Shown here: positions 36,281 through 44,141 of the stretch, one piece after another | How the letters are laid out: each line of letters opens with the position of its first letter | Position numbering within the stretch: position 1 is the first letter of the stretch | The notes under the pieces: model-generated | Database searches by the model: none | Told to the model about the DNA's origin: nothing | The model's input: only the letters and a program-made list of their open reading frames with translations | Program-made: the position numbers and the translations under genes | Assembly (NCBI GenBank): GCA_964495385.1 | Contig: CAZBVO010000008.1 | Location: 62 to 64,061 of the forward strand | Direction of reading: 5' to 3' | Length of the DNA stretch: 64,000 bases | Origin: an uncultured Faecalibacterium sp. | GTDB lineage: Bacteria > Bacillota > Clostridia > Christensenellales > CAG-917

Positions 36281-38686
36281 TTATTTCCTCAATTTGTTTT
36301 GTTTGTGAAGTTTAAGCCTCTTCGGAATGCCAAACAAGCCTTTAAAAATCTTCCATGCGCCCTTTAAAGTGCTGTCTTGGTCATTAACTATCATAATCAA
36401 ACCGTACATCATGTCCTCGCTCATTATGCCGCCCGACATAAGGCGCATGCACCTGAACGGAGTTGTTATGGTCATGTTGTACATGGTTTCGCTGCCACCC
36501 AAATCCTTGTTGAACTTCGAGAAGAATTTTACGATGTGCAAAATGCGCTTGCCCCATTTTGTATCTTTGCCGTCGATGAAGCAGTAGTTTTCGTCAAGCC
36601 TTTCGCCCTTGTCGAGGTTGGCCCGAGGAATCTGCAAACCGAAAGCGGTCGAAAACTCTTCGTCGGAAAGGTCCGCCACGTCGGCACAATAGTACTTAGC
36701 GCATACGTTAGGCGTTTTTTGCTTTTCGATTCCGCCCATCTCTACCGTTTCCGCAAGGCGAATATCCGTGCTGCTTGCGCCGATTTCCACCCTGTATTCG
36801 CCCGCTTCCACTTTAAAGTCGTGCGAATCGACGTCGTAGAAACCGAAATCCCTGTCGCAAAGGGTGAAAGTCACCGTTTTGCTCTCGCCCGGTTGAAGCG
36901 AAATTTTGTCAAAGCCCTTAAGCTCTCTCTTTGCGCGAACAACGTTCGATTGGGTTTTAGAAACATACAGCTGAACCGCTTCTTTACCTTCCCGATCGCC
37001 GATGTTTTTCAACATAAAACGAACTTTTATGCCGTCCGAATTTTTGGAAACCGACAAATCGGAATACTCAAACTCGGTGTAACTCAAACCGTGTCCGAAC
37101 GGGAACAGCGGCTCGACGCCTGCGGTAAGATAGTAGCGGTAACCTACAAAAATGCTTTCCTTGTAAAGGCTGGTAAGCTGTTCGCCCGGGAAGTACTTGA
37201 AGCACGGAGTGTCCTCGAGTTTTTTAGGGAAGGTTTCCGGCAATTTCCCGGACGGATTCACCTTGCCTTGCAAAATATCAACGACGGTTTCGCCGCAAGC
37301 TTCGCCGCCCAAGTATGCCTCCAGCACGGCCGAAACTTCGTTTATCCACGGCATTTCAACCGCGGAACCGTTGTGCAGAACAACAACGGTTTTGGTTCCG
37401 GTTGCCGCAACGGCACTTATAAGTCTGTTGTGGCTTTCAGGCAAACGCATGTGCTTTCTGTCGTAGCCTTCGGACTCGAAATTGTCCGGAAGCCCTGCGA
37501 ACACTACCGCTACGTCAACGCTTTTGGCCAGTTCGACGGCTTGCTTTTGCAACTTTTCGGAAAACTCGTGTTTGTCGGTGTAGCCTTGTGCGTAGCCGAC
37601 TGTGTCGCCTGCCGCCTCGAGAGCGGAAACCTCTTTGTAGGTGTTAATGTGACTGCTTCCGCCGCCCTGATAACGAGGTTTGTCGGCAAAACCGCCGATA
37701 AACGCAACCTTTGCTTCTTTTTTAAGCGGCAAAGTTCCGTCGTTTTTCAACAGAACCATGCACTCGTCGGCGATATTTTTTGCGATGACGTGATGTGCGG
37801 CACGGTCATAATCCTTTTCTGCCGTTTCACGCACAGATTTTGACGTTATTCTAAGGACGTTTGCCACGCATTCGTCCAAAAGTTTTTCATCCAAAGTTCC
37901 GTTTTTGACGGCCGCAACGATTTTTGCACTTCCGATTCCGCCCGACGACGGCATTTCCAAATCCAAGCCTGCTTCGATGCCTTTTGCCCTGTCTGCGGTT
38001 GCGCCCCAATCGCTCACTACAAAGCCGTCAAAGCCCCATTCGTCTCGTAAAACGTCCTTCAAAAGCCACTTGTTTTCGGAACTGTGTACGCCGTTGATGG
38101 AATTGTAACTGCACATAACTGTCCTCGGTTTGCTTTGTCTGACCGGCGTTTCGAAAGCGGCGAGATAAATTTCGCGCAAAGCTCGCTCGTCGATGATTTC
38201 GTTGATTGTGGTGCGACGAGACTCTTGGTTGTTTGCGGCAAAGTGCTTTATGCTTACGCCTACGCCTTGCGACTGTACGCCGTCAACGTAGCTTGCCGCC
38301 ATATGCCCCGCAAGATACGGATCTTCGCTCATATATTCAAAATTTCGACCGCACAACGGACTGCGTTTTATGTTTATCGCCGGGCCCAAAAGCGTGCCGA
38401 CGCCCACGGACGCAGCTTCGCTGCCCAGCGTTTCGCCAAGCGTTTTTGCAAGGTCTTTGTTAAAGCTTGCCGCAAGGCCTGCCGACGACGGGAAGCAAAC
38501 GGAAACCACGCTTTGGTTGACTCCCTTTCCCGTACTTTGAGTCCTGAGACCGTGAGGGCCGTCGGAAACCATCATAGGTTCCACGCCGAGCCTTTCTATT
38601 TTTTGGGTGCGCCAGAAATCGGCTCCCGAACACATGCTCGCCTTTTCTTCGAGCGTCATATTTTTGATGATGCCGTCTATATCCAT
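36281..38686 (-). CDS. Glycoside hydrolase family 3 beta-glucosidase with Fn3-like domain
   Basis: SDGPHGLR, GRNFEY.SEDP, KHFAAN, VVSDWGA, SEGYDR, PFGHGLSYT; start 38686. Confidence 0.95.
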   Translation of the reverse strand: MDIDGIIKNMTLEEKASMCSGADFWRTQKIERLGVEPMMVSDGPHGLRTQSTGKGVNQSVVSVCFPSSAGLAASFNKDLAKTLGETLGSEAASVGVGTLLGPAINIKRSPLCGRNFEYMSEDPYLAGHMAASYVDGVQSQGVGVSIKHFAANNQESRRTTINEIIDERALREIYLAAFETPVRQSKPRTVMCSYNSINGVHSSENKWLLKDVLRDEWGFDGFVVSDWGATADRAKGIEAGLDLEMPSSGGIGSAKIVAAVKNGTLDEKLLDECVANVLRITSKSVRETAEKDYDRAAHHVIAKNIADECMVLLKNDGTLPLKKEAKVAFIGGFADKPRYQGGGSSHINTYKEVSALEAAGDTVGYAQGYTDKHEFSEKLQKQAVELAKSVDVAVVFAGLPDNFESEGYDRKHMRLPESHNRLISAVAATGTKTVVVLHNGSAVEMPWINEVSAVLEAYLGGEACGETVVDILQGKVNPSGKLPETFPKKLEDTPCFKYFPGEQLTSLYKESIFVGYRYYLTAGVEPLFPFGHGLSYTEFEYSDLSVSKNSDGIKVRFMLKNIGDREGKEAVQLYVSKTQSNVVRAKRELKGFDKISLQPGESKTVTFTLCDRDFGFYDVDSHDFKVEAGEYRVEIGASSTDIRLAETVEMGGIEKQKTPNVCAKYYCADVADLSDEEFSTAFGLQIPRANLDKGERLDENYCFIDGKDTKWGKRILHIVKFFSKFNKDLGGSETMYNMTITTPFRCMRLMSGGIMSEDMMYGLIMIVNDQDSTLKGAWKIFKGLFGIPKRLKLHKQNKLRK

Positions 38687-38761
38687 AATTCCCTCCCGAA
38701 AAATCGTTGGCGACACCATTATATCACATTCGGACAAGCTTTTCAAGATGCATTTTAAAGT

Positions 38762-38796
38762 TTTTAATTGTATTTTAAGGGGTTTTATTCTATAAT
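38762..38796 (+). promoter_or_regulatory. OmpR-family direct-repeat box plus -10 upstream of the YugP-like gene
   Basis: TTTTAAT-tgta-TTTTAAGG-N10-TATAAT, same architecture as 16185-16219. Confidence 0.6.
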
Positions 38797-38851
38797 AAAT
38801 ATAAGCGCTGCGCCGTTTACTAAACGCGGCCTAAAACTTTGAGGTATAAAA

Positions 38852-39607
38852 ATGACAAACATATCGCTTTTGCTTTCCGCAATAGACTACGACAATCTTT
38901 ACGTTACCGTCACGCTGTGCATACTTCCGCTGATGATTTTGATGTTCATAAGCGGCATCAGCGTGCGTTTGACCTTTTCAAAGCAATCGAAAGTGCGCAA
39001 CTCGGCAGGCCTTACGGGAGCGCAAGCCGCCCGAAAAATACTTGACAAAGCAGGCCTCACCGCAACGCACATCGAGCCGTGTTCGGGCAGTCTAACCGAC
39101 CACTACGATCCGCGCAACGACACCGTTTACCTTTCCGAACCGGTTTATTCGTCCCCGTCGGTTGCCGCCGTCGGAGTTGCGGCGCACGAAGTAGGGCACG
39201 CAATTCAGCAAGCGGAAGACTACGCCTTCATCAAACTTCGCTCGGCACTGGTTCCGGTCACCAACTTCACCTCCCGTTACAGCATGATTTTGATTATGAT
39301 AGGTCTTCTTATAACCTGTTTTCCGTCGCTGGGGACCGTTGGTGGAATCATCTTCGGGCTCGGTATCGCCTTTTATGCCTGCTACACGCTGTTCACTTTG
39401 GTGACTCTGCCCGTCGAATTCAATGCCAGCCGCCGCGCTTTGAGAGTGCTTGACGATTTGGGAATAGTTCAAGGGAGCGAAAAACACTCGGTTCGCAAAG
39501 TGCTTTCGGCCGCCGCCTCCACCTATCTTATGAGCTTTGCCATGAGCCTCGTCACCTTACTGCGCTATATCGCCGTTTTCGGCTCCAACCGCAACCGCCG
39601 CGATTAA
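38852..39607 (+). CDS. YugP-family neutral zinc metallopeptidase
   Basis: LTDHYDP, VAAHEVGHAIQ, TLPVEFNASRRA. Confidence 0.92.
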   Translation: MTNISLLLSAIDYDNLYVTVTLCILPLMILMFISGISVRLTFSKQSKVRNSAGLTGAQAARKILDKAGLTATHIEPCSGSLTDHYDPRNDTVYLSEPVYSSPSVAAVGVAAHEVGHAIQQAEDYAFIKLRSALVPVTNFTSRYSMILIMIGLLITCFPSLGTVGGIIFGLGIAFYACYTLFTLVTLPVEFNASRRALRVLDDLGIVQGSEKHSVRKVLSAAASTYLMSFAMSLVTLLRYIAVFGSNRNRRD

Positions 39608-39617
39608 CTTTTGTTAC

Positions 39618-39647
39618 AAAAAAGGCTTCCCATTGGGAAGCCTTTTT
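39618..39647 (+). terminator. Intrinsic terminator
   Basis: AAAAAAGGCTTCCC-ATT-GGGAAGCCTTTTT. Confidence 0.85.
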
Positions 39648-39733
39648 AAATTCAGTTTACCTTTGATACAGTCAAGCTGTCTAAATCCAAAACACAGATT
39701 GCCGTATCTAATTTACATTTCATTTACGAACAT

Positions 39734-39762
39734 AAAAAACCGACTGCGAAAGTCGGTTTTTT
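39734..39762 (-). terminator. Intrinsic terminator after metI
   Basis: AAAAAACCGACT-GCGAA-AGTCGGTTTTTT. Confidence 0.85.
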
Positions 39763-39785
39763 GATTGAATTTGATTGGAAATATT

Positions 39786-40493
39786 CTATTTTGCCTTAAG
39801 GCGTTTATCGCAACGCTTCGACAGATGCGTCCCGACGGTTTGAACCAGTTGGACTATTGCCACCAGCACTACAACCGCCAACAGCATAACAGGATATTGA
39901 TAGCGATAATATCCCTGCATGATTGCCACGTTGCCGAGGCCGCCGCCGCCCATTGCACCGCCCATTGCCGAATAGCTGAGGATGGTTGTGGTTGCCACGG
40001 TCAAATTTCCGATGAGCGACGGTACGCTTTCGGGAATCATAACCTTAAAAATAATTTGCATCGGGGTTGCGCCCATGCTTTCGGCGGCTTCTATGACGTT
40101 TTTGTCCACTTCCCTAAGGCTACTTTCGACAAGCCTTGCCACAAACGGGAAGGACGCCACGACCAAAGGAACTATGCTTGCCGCGGTACCCACCGACGTG
40201 CCGGTGATAAACCTTGTCAGCGGAATGGACAGCATCATCAATATCAAAAACGGAACCGAGCGCAAAACGTTTATCACGACGTCTATGGTTTTAAGCAGCC
40301 ATTTAGGAATAGGCAAAACGCCCTTTTCGTCGCCTACGGCCAAAATAATGCCGAAAGGCAGACCGATTATCACCGCACACAGCGTTGCCGCAACGGTAAC
40401 GTAAACGGTTTCCCAAGTGGCAAACAAAAAATCGGTTTTTACGATTTCCCACGCATTTGCCCAGCTTTCCTTTGCAAAAAAGTCACTAAACAT
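39786..40493 (-). CDS. metI: Methionine ABC transporter permease
   Basis: RSVPFLILM, GTSVG..A.IVPL, EAA motif IEAAESMGA, GGGGLG..A...GY. Confidence 0.95.
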   Translation of the reverse strand: MFSDFFAKESWANAWEIVKTDFLFATWETVYVTVAATLCAVIIGLPFGIILAVGDEKGVLPIPKWLLKTIDVVINVLRSVPFLILMMLSIPLTRFITGTSVGTAASIVPLVVASFPFVARLVESSLREVDKNVIEAAESMGATPMQIIFKVMIPESVPSLIGNLTVATTTILSYSAMGGAMGGGGLGNVAIMQGYYRYQYPVMLLAVVVLVAIVQLVQTVGTHLSKRCDKRLKAK

Positions 40494-41493
40494 CCGCTGT
40501 CACCTCCGTTGCAATGATGTCCGGAGTCCCCTCGAGATAGGAAATAACTTCTCCGACCTTCTCGGCATCCGACAAAACAAGCAGCATATTGCCGTAAATT
40601 TTGTCGCCGATATTTCTTGTTGCGGCCGACACTATGCTGGCCGCTATACCCTTTTCCATTGCAAGCCTTGCGATAAGCGGTTCACCCGTAGCCTTTGCGC
40701 CGTTAAACACGACTCGGACAAACGATCCGCCGATGTCCGGCAACGACTCGGCCGCTTCCGACGGAGGGAACACAAGTTTTTTTGCCGCAGAAGATTGCGG
40801 ATTACGAAACACTTCGGCAACTTCGCCCTCTTCCACAACCTCGCCGCCGTCCAAAATGGCCACTCGGTGACAAATGTCCTCGACAACGCTCATCTGGTGG
40901 GTTATCACTATGACGGTGATGCCCAATTCGCGGTTTATGTCCTTTATAAGCGACAAAATTTGCGAAGTGGTTTTGGGATCCAGCGCACTGGTTGCCTCGT
41001 CGCAAAGCAAAACTTTCGGTTTCGTGGCAAGCGCACGGGCGATGGCAACCCTTTGCCTCTGTCCGCCAGAGAGTTCGGCAGGATAGGCCTTTTCCTTGTC
41101 TGGAAGTCCCACCAACGCCAACAAACGTTTGGCCTCCGCTTCCGCCTCGGCCCGTTTAACGCCCGAAAGCCTGAGCGGAAAGCTCACGTTTTTCAAGCAG
41201 TTTTTTTGCATAAGCAAATTGAAACTTTGAAAAATCATGGCGATTTTCCGTCTGGTTTCCCTAAGCTCCGCGCCGCTTTGTTCCGTCACGTTTGCGCCGT
41301 CAAAAACAACTTCGCCCCCGTTTGGCTTTTCAAGCATGTTTATGCATCTGACGAGAGTGCTTTTGCCTGCGCCGCTCATGCCGATGATGCCGTAAATTTC
41401 GCCGTCCGAAACCTTGATGTTGACGTGCTTAAGTGCTTCGACACTGCCGCCGTCGGACGTAAAGGTTTTGGACAAGTTCCTTAGTTCTATCAT
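40486..41493 (-). CDS. metN: Methionine ABC transporter ATP-binding protein
   Basis: GMSGAGKSTLVRCIN, LSGGQRQRVAIARAL, CDEATSALDP.TT, C-terminal NIL domain. Confidence 0.95.
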   Translation of the reverse strand: MIELRNLSKTFTSDGGSVEALKHVNIKVSDGEIYGIIGMSGAGKSTLVRCINMLEKPNGGEVVFDGANVTEQSGAELRETRRKIAMIFQSFNLLMQKNCLKNVSFPLRLSGVKRAEAEAEAKRLLALVGLPDKEKAYPAELSGGQRQRVAIARALATKPKVLLCDEATSALDPKTTSQILSLIKDINRELGITVIVITHQMSVVEDICHRVAILDGGEVVEEGEVAEVFRNPQSSAAKKLVFPPSEAAESLPDIGGSFVRVVFNGAKATGEPLIARLAMEKGIAASIVSAATRNIGDKIYGNMLLVLSDAEKVGEVISYLEGTPDIIATEVTADV

Positions 41494-41514
41494 AAATTTC
41501 TCCGAAAAGTGGTT

Positions 41515-42369
41515 TTAGGCTTTAATATCGTCCAATGAAGTGTGGTTGCTGCTGTAAATGCCCATCGGCTCGACGTGAATCTGTCCGACGGAAACAAGAT
41601 GCGTGCCGTTGTTTTGGTTGAAGTCGTTCAGGTACGGCAAATGTTGAAAATAGTTTGCATCCAAGCTTCCGTCCTCCAATGCGAGGTTGGGTTGAACGTA
41701 ATCGGTGTATTCTTTAATATCCAGCGTTATGTTTTTTTCGGCAAGGATGTCCTTTGCGATTTTCAAAATTTCGGCGTGAGGCGCAGGAGATGCCCCGACT
41801 TTTATCGTCGTGCCGGCAAGCGAAGCGTAATCGACGGTTGAGTCAAAGCCGTTGCCTGCATTTTCAACTACGCTCAAAACCGCTCCGTTGTAAGTTGTTT
41901 GAATGTAATTTTTCACTCTTTCCGAACTAAGTGCCGCAACAAGAGCTTTCACTTTTGCGCTGTTTTCGTTCCCCGAACGAGCGGCCACGATGTTGCCGTA
42001 GGCCGAGTACGCTCCCTCAACCGCCAAAGCGTCGGTGTTAGGGTTAAGCTTTGCCGAAATTGCATAGTTCGAGTTGATTATTGCATAGTCGACGTCTCGC
42101 AAAAAGGTCGGCAGCTGCGCCGCTTCAACTTCTTTAAAAACGATGTTGTACGGATTGGAAACTACGTCTCTGACGGTGGCGGTGATGCCTGCGCCCTCTT
42201 TGAGGGTAATATAGCCCAACTGTTCCAAAAGCATAAGCGCTCGAGCTTCGTTGGTGGTGTCGTTAGGCACTGCGATAACGATGCCGTCCGAACCTCCGCA
42301 TGCGGAAAGGCCGACTGCAAGTCCCGATACGAGGACCGTCAACAAAATGACTGCAACAAATTTTTTCAT
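41515..42369 (-). CDS. metQ: MetQ/NlpA lipoprotein, circularly permuted
   Basis: Lipobox LSAC; IAVPND.TNEARAL block comes before the IKVGASPAPHAEIL..DANYFQH block (reverse of canonical order). Confidence 0.92.
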   Translation of the reverse strand: MKKFVAVILLTVLVSGLAVGLSACGGSDGIVIAVPNDTTNEARALMLLEQLGYITLKEGAGITATVRDVVSNPYNIVFKEVEAAQLPTFLRDVDYAIINSNYAISAKLNPNTDALAVEGAYSAYGNIVAARSGNENSAKVKALVAALSSERVKNYIQTTYNGAVLSVVENAGNGFDSTVDYASLAGTTIKVGASPAPHAEILKIAKDILAEKNITLDIKEYTDYVQPNLALEDGSLDANYFQHLPYLNDFNQNNGTHLVSVGQIHVEPMGIYSSNHTSLDDIKA

Positions 42370-42413
42370 GATATATTCTCCTTTGTTATTTTCTGTTTGG
42401 TGCCTTACGGCAT

Positions 42414-42438
42414 AAAAAAAGGAAGCCCCTCAGCTTCC
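42414..42438 (-). terminator. Leader (attenuator) terminator upstream of metQ
   Basis: GGAAGC-TGAGGG-GCTTCC-TTTTTTT on minus strand, between promoter and metQ RBS. Confidence 0.85.
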
Positions 42439-42472
42439 AAAAACATTTTTTCGATTGCGGTGAAAGCCGACT

Positions 42473-42550
42473 TTAAGCAATATTAAACCTGTGCATGCCC
42501 GGCATGCACATGCGCATCATCATGGAATTTGCTTTCACGAATTGCTTCAC
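42473..42550 (-). CDS. Met-rich leader peptide (25 aa, MKQFVKANSMMMRMCMPGMHRFNIA)
   Basis: AAGGAGA SD at 42557-42563, GTG start at 42550, six ATG codons in codons 10-19, TAA stop ending 42473; below the ORF-track cutoff. Confidence 0.8.
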   Translation of the reverse strand: MKQFVKANSMMMRMCMPGMHRFNIA

Positions 42551-42578
42551 GGTTTTTCTCCTTCGAGTTTCTATGGGC

Positions 42579-42607
42579 ATTTTAACATCATGTAGCCCCG
42601 TTGTCAA
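42579..42607 (-). promoter_or_regulatory. sigmaA promoter of the leader-metQNI transcript
   Basis: TTGACA-17-TAAAAT with extended TG. Confidence 0.85.
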
Positions 42608-42732
42608 CACAAATTGCGACATTTTCGATTTTTTGCCGTCAAAAAACCCTTCGGGCGGTTTTATGCACTATGCTTGCGCTTATTGTTGCAAAAACAAATG
42701 CGCCGTGATACAATAGCGGTGGGCAGGCAAAT

Positions 42733-43095
42733 ATGGAAAGAAAACAGCTGTTTGACGTAATCAAAACCAACTTCGGCGTAGCTCCCGAATTTTTGTAGAA
42801 ACCGAACGACGATGCAATTTTCCGAAATCCCGAAAACGGAAAATGGTTTGGCATTGTCATGTCCGTCCGAACCGACCGATTTATCCCCCAAGCCGACGGC
42901 AAAACAGACGTGCTTAACGTCAAATGCGACATTTCGCTCGCATCGTCGCTTGTCAAAAAGCCCTACGTCTTCCCTGCCTATCACATGGCGAAAGGAAGCT
43001 GGATAAGCATTCTTATAAATATGGCACCGTCGGACGACGAAATAATTTCGCTGCTGACGCTAAGCCGAGCAATAACTTGCGGACAAAAGCTTTAA
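42733..43095 (+). pseudogene. MmcQ/YjbR-family gene with in-frame TAG at codon 22
   Basis: MERKQLFDVIKTNFGVAPEFL*KPNDDAIFRNPENGKWFGIVM..LNVKCD..PAYHMAKGSWISI; the TAG at 42796-42798 sits where this family usually has Trp (TGG). Confidence 0.8.
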
Positions 43096-43180
43096 AAAAT
43101 ACCTTTTACCGCCAAAAAACTACCCCAAAACGCTTGCTAAAACCACCGAAATTTGTTATATTGAATAAGCAATTGAATAT

Positions 43181-43256
43181 GCCCTCTTAGTCTAGTGGTC
43201 TAGGACGCTGGCCTCTCACGCCGGTATCAGGGGTTCGAACCCCCTAGGGGGTGCCA
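43181..43256 (+). tRNA. tRNA-Glu (anticodon CTC)
   Basis: Cloverleaf: acceptor GCCCTCT/AGGGGGT, anticodon arm CTGGC-CTCTCAC-GCCGG, T-arm GGTTCGAAC, encoded CCA. Confidence 0.95.
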
Positions 43257-43257
43257 C

Positions 43258-43288
43258 AAAATCCGTACGCAAAAGCGCACGGATTTTT
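43258..43288 (+). terminator. Terminator after tRNA-Glu
   Basis: AAAATCCGTACGC-AAAA-GCGCACGGATTTTT. Confidence 0.75.
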
Positions 43289-43325
43289 CATTTTCAAAAC
43301 TTTGAAAACGTCTAAATACAGTGCC

Positions 43326-43433
43326 TGCGGAAACGATTTATACTGACATAACCACCAATATTTACGAAAACTATACGTGCTTATTAACTGTCGACGTTTG
43401 CAGAAACAATTTATACTTACATAACCGCCGATA
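43326..43433. repeat. Two 35-bp imperfect direct repeats, 73-bp period
   Basis: TGCGGAAACGATTTATACTGACATAACCACCAATA (43326) vs TGCAGAAACAATTTATACTTACATAACCGCCGATA (43399), 30/35 identical. Confidence 0.75.
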
Positions 43434-43459
43434 AAAATTGCCACCCTTCTATAAGTCGC

Positions 43460-43483
43460 AAAAACCCGCCGTCGGCGGGTTTT
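43460..43483. terminator. Bidirectional intrinsic terminator
   Basis: AAAAACCCGCC-GTC-GGCGGGTTTT. Confidence 0.8.
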
Positions 43484-43619
43484 AATAATGTTTGTATTAT
43501 TTATATTTAATTGAATTTTACGCTTTAGCCTAAAAGTTCAACGATATAAATTTCCTCTTTTGCCGCAGTTCGCCGCTTTAAAATTTGGCGGCTGCTCTTT
43601 TTATCGTTTTAGGCCGTGA

Positions 43620-44141
43620 TTAGTTTTCGATTGCAATTATTTCGGCATTTTTCGGAAGGTTTTCCAAAAGGTTGTCCTTAACGGGACTGACGTAAACGTG
43701 TTTCAGCACCATCATGACGCCGCCGTGAGTTGCCGCCAACACGTTTTGCCCTTTAAACCGACTCCGCACGAAATCGACAAAATCCGTAAGCCTACGTTCG
43801 ACTTCGGCTACCGATTCCAGCCCGTCAATTTTTAATTCGTTTGTTATCGACCAAAAACCGTTGAATTCCTCCGACGAAAACGGCTTACCTTCAAAGGTGC
43901 CGAAATTCCGTTCGATAAGTCGGTCATCAGTGATAATTTTGCCGTCATATACCGCCTTGCAAGTGTCCTCTGCACGAGACAACGGACTGGAAAAAGCGAC
44001 GTCAAAGTGCACGTCGGACAATTTTTCACCCAGTTCTACGGCCTGCATTTTCCCTTCGGCGTTAAGCGGAATGTCGCATCGCCCCTGAATTCGTCCTTCG
44101 CCGTTCCAATCGGTTTTGCCGTGCCTGACAAAGTAAATCAT
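43620..44141 (-). CDS. Histidine phosphatase (phosphoglycerate mutase family)
   Basis: FVRHG.TDWN, SSPLSRA, ERNFG..EG, THGG; ATGA overlap with upstream gene. Confidence 0.92.
   Translation of the reverse strand: MIYFVRHGKTDWNGEGRIQGRCDIPLNAEGKMQAVELGEKLSDVHFDVAFSSPLSRAEDTCKAVYDGKIITDDRLIERNFGTFEGKPFSSEEFNGFWSITNELKIDGLESVAEVERRLTDFVDFVRSRFKGQNVLAATHGGVMMVLKHVYVSPVKDNLLENLPKNAEIIAIEN

Noticed and set aside
39648-39733. Possible sRNA or sORF between two terminators
   Set aside because: Only a 6-codon frame with no RBS or promoter; no supportable structure.
42370-42610. SAM-I (S-box) or Met T-box riboswitch upstream of metQ
   Set aside because: No ATC.AGAG..GAGGGA..GGCCC core or GGTGG.ACC T-box motif, and the leader is short and occupied by an SD-led sORF.
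42495-42716. 73-aa plus-strand ORF starting MPGMHMR
   Set aside because: Arises from the palindromic Met-codon hairpin of the minus-strand leader; no RBS, and it runs across the promoter.
42796-42798. Stop-codon reassignment or pyrrolysine readthrough
   Set aside because: TAG acts as a normal stop elsewhere in the window, no pyl genes are seen, and the position corresponds to Trp, one transition away.
43326-43433. CRISPR array or dif site
   Set aside because: Only two imperfect, non-palindromic copies and no cas genes; the XerC arm and 6-bp spacer symmetry of dif are absent. Kept only as an unexplained repeat.
43181-43620. Genomic island integrated at tRNA-Glu
   Set aside because: No integrase and no duplicated tRNA 3' end found in the window; the flanking genes are housekeeping.
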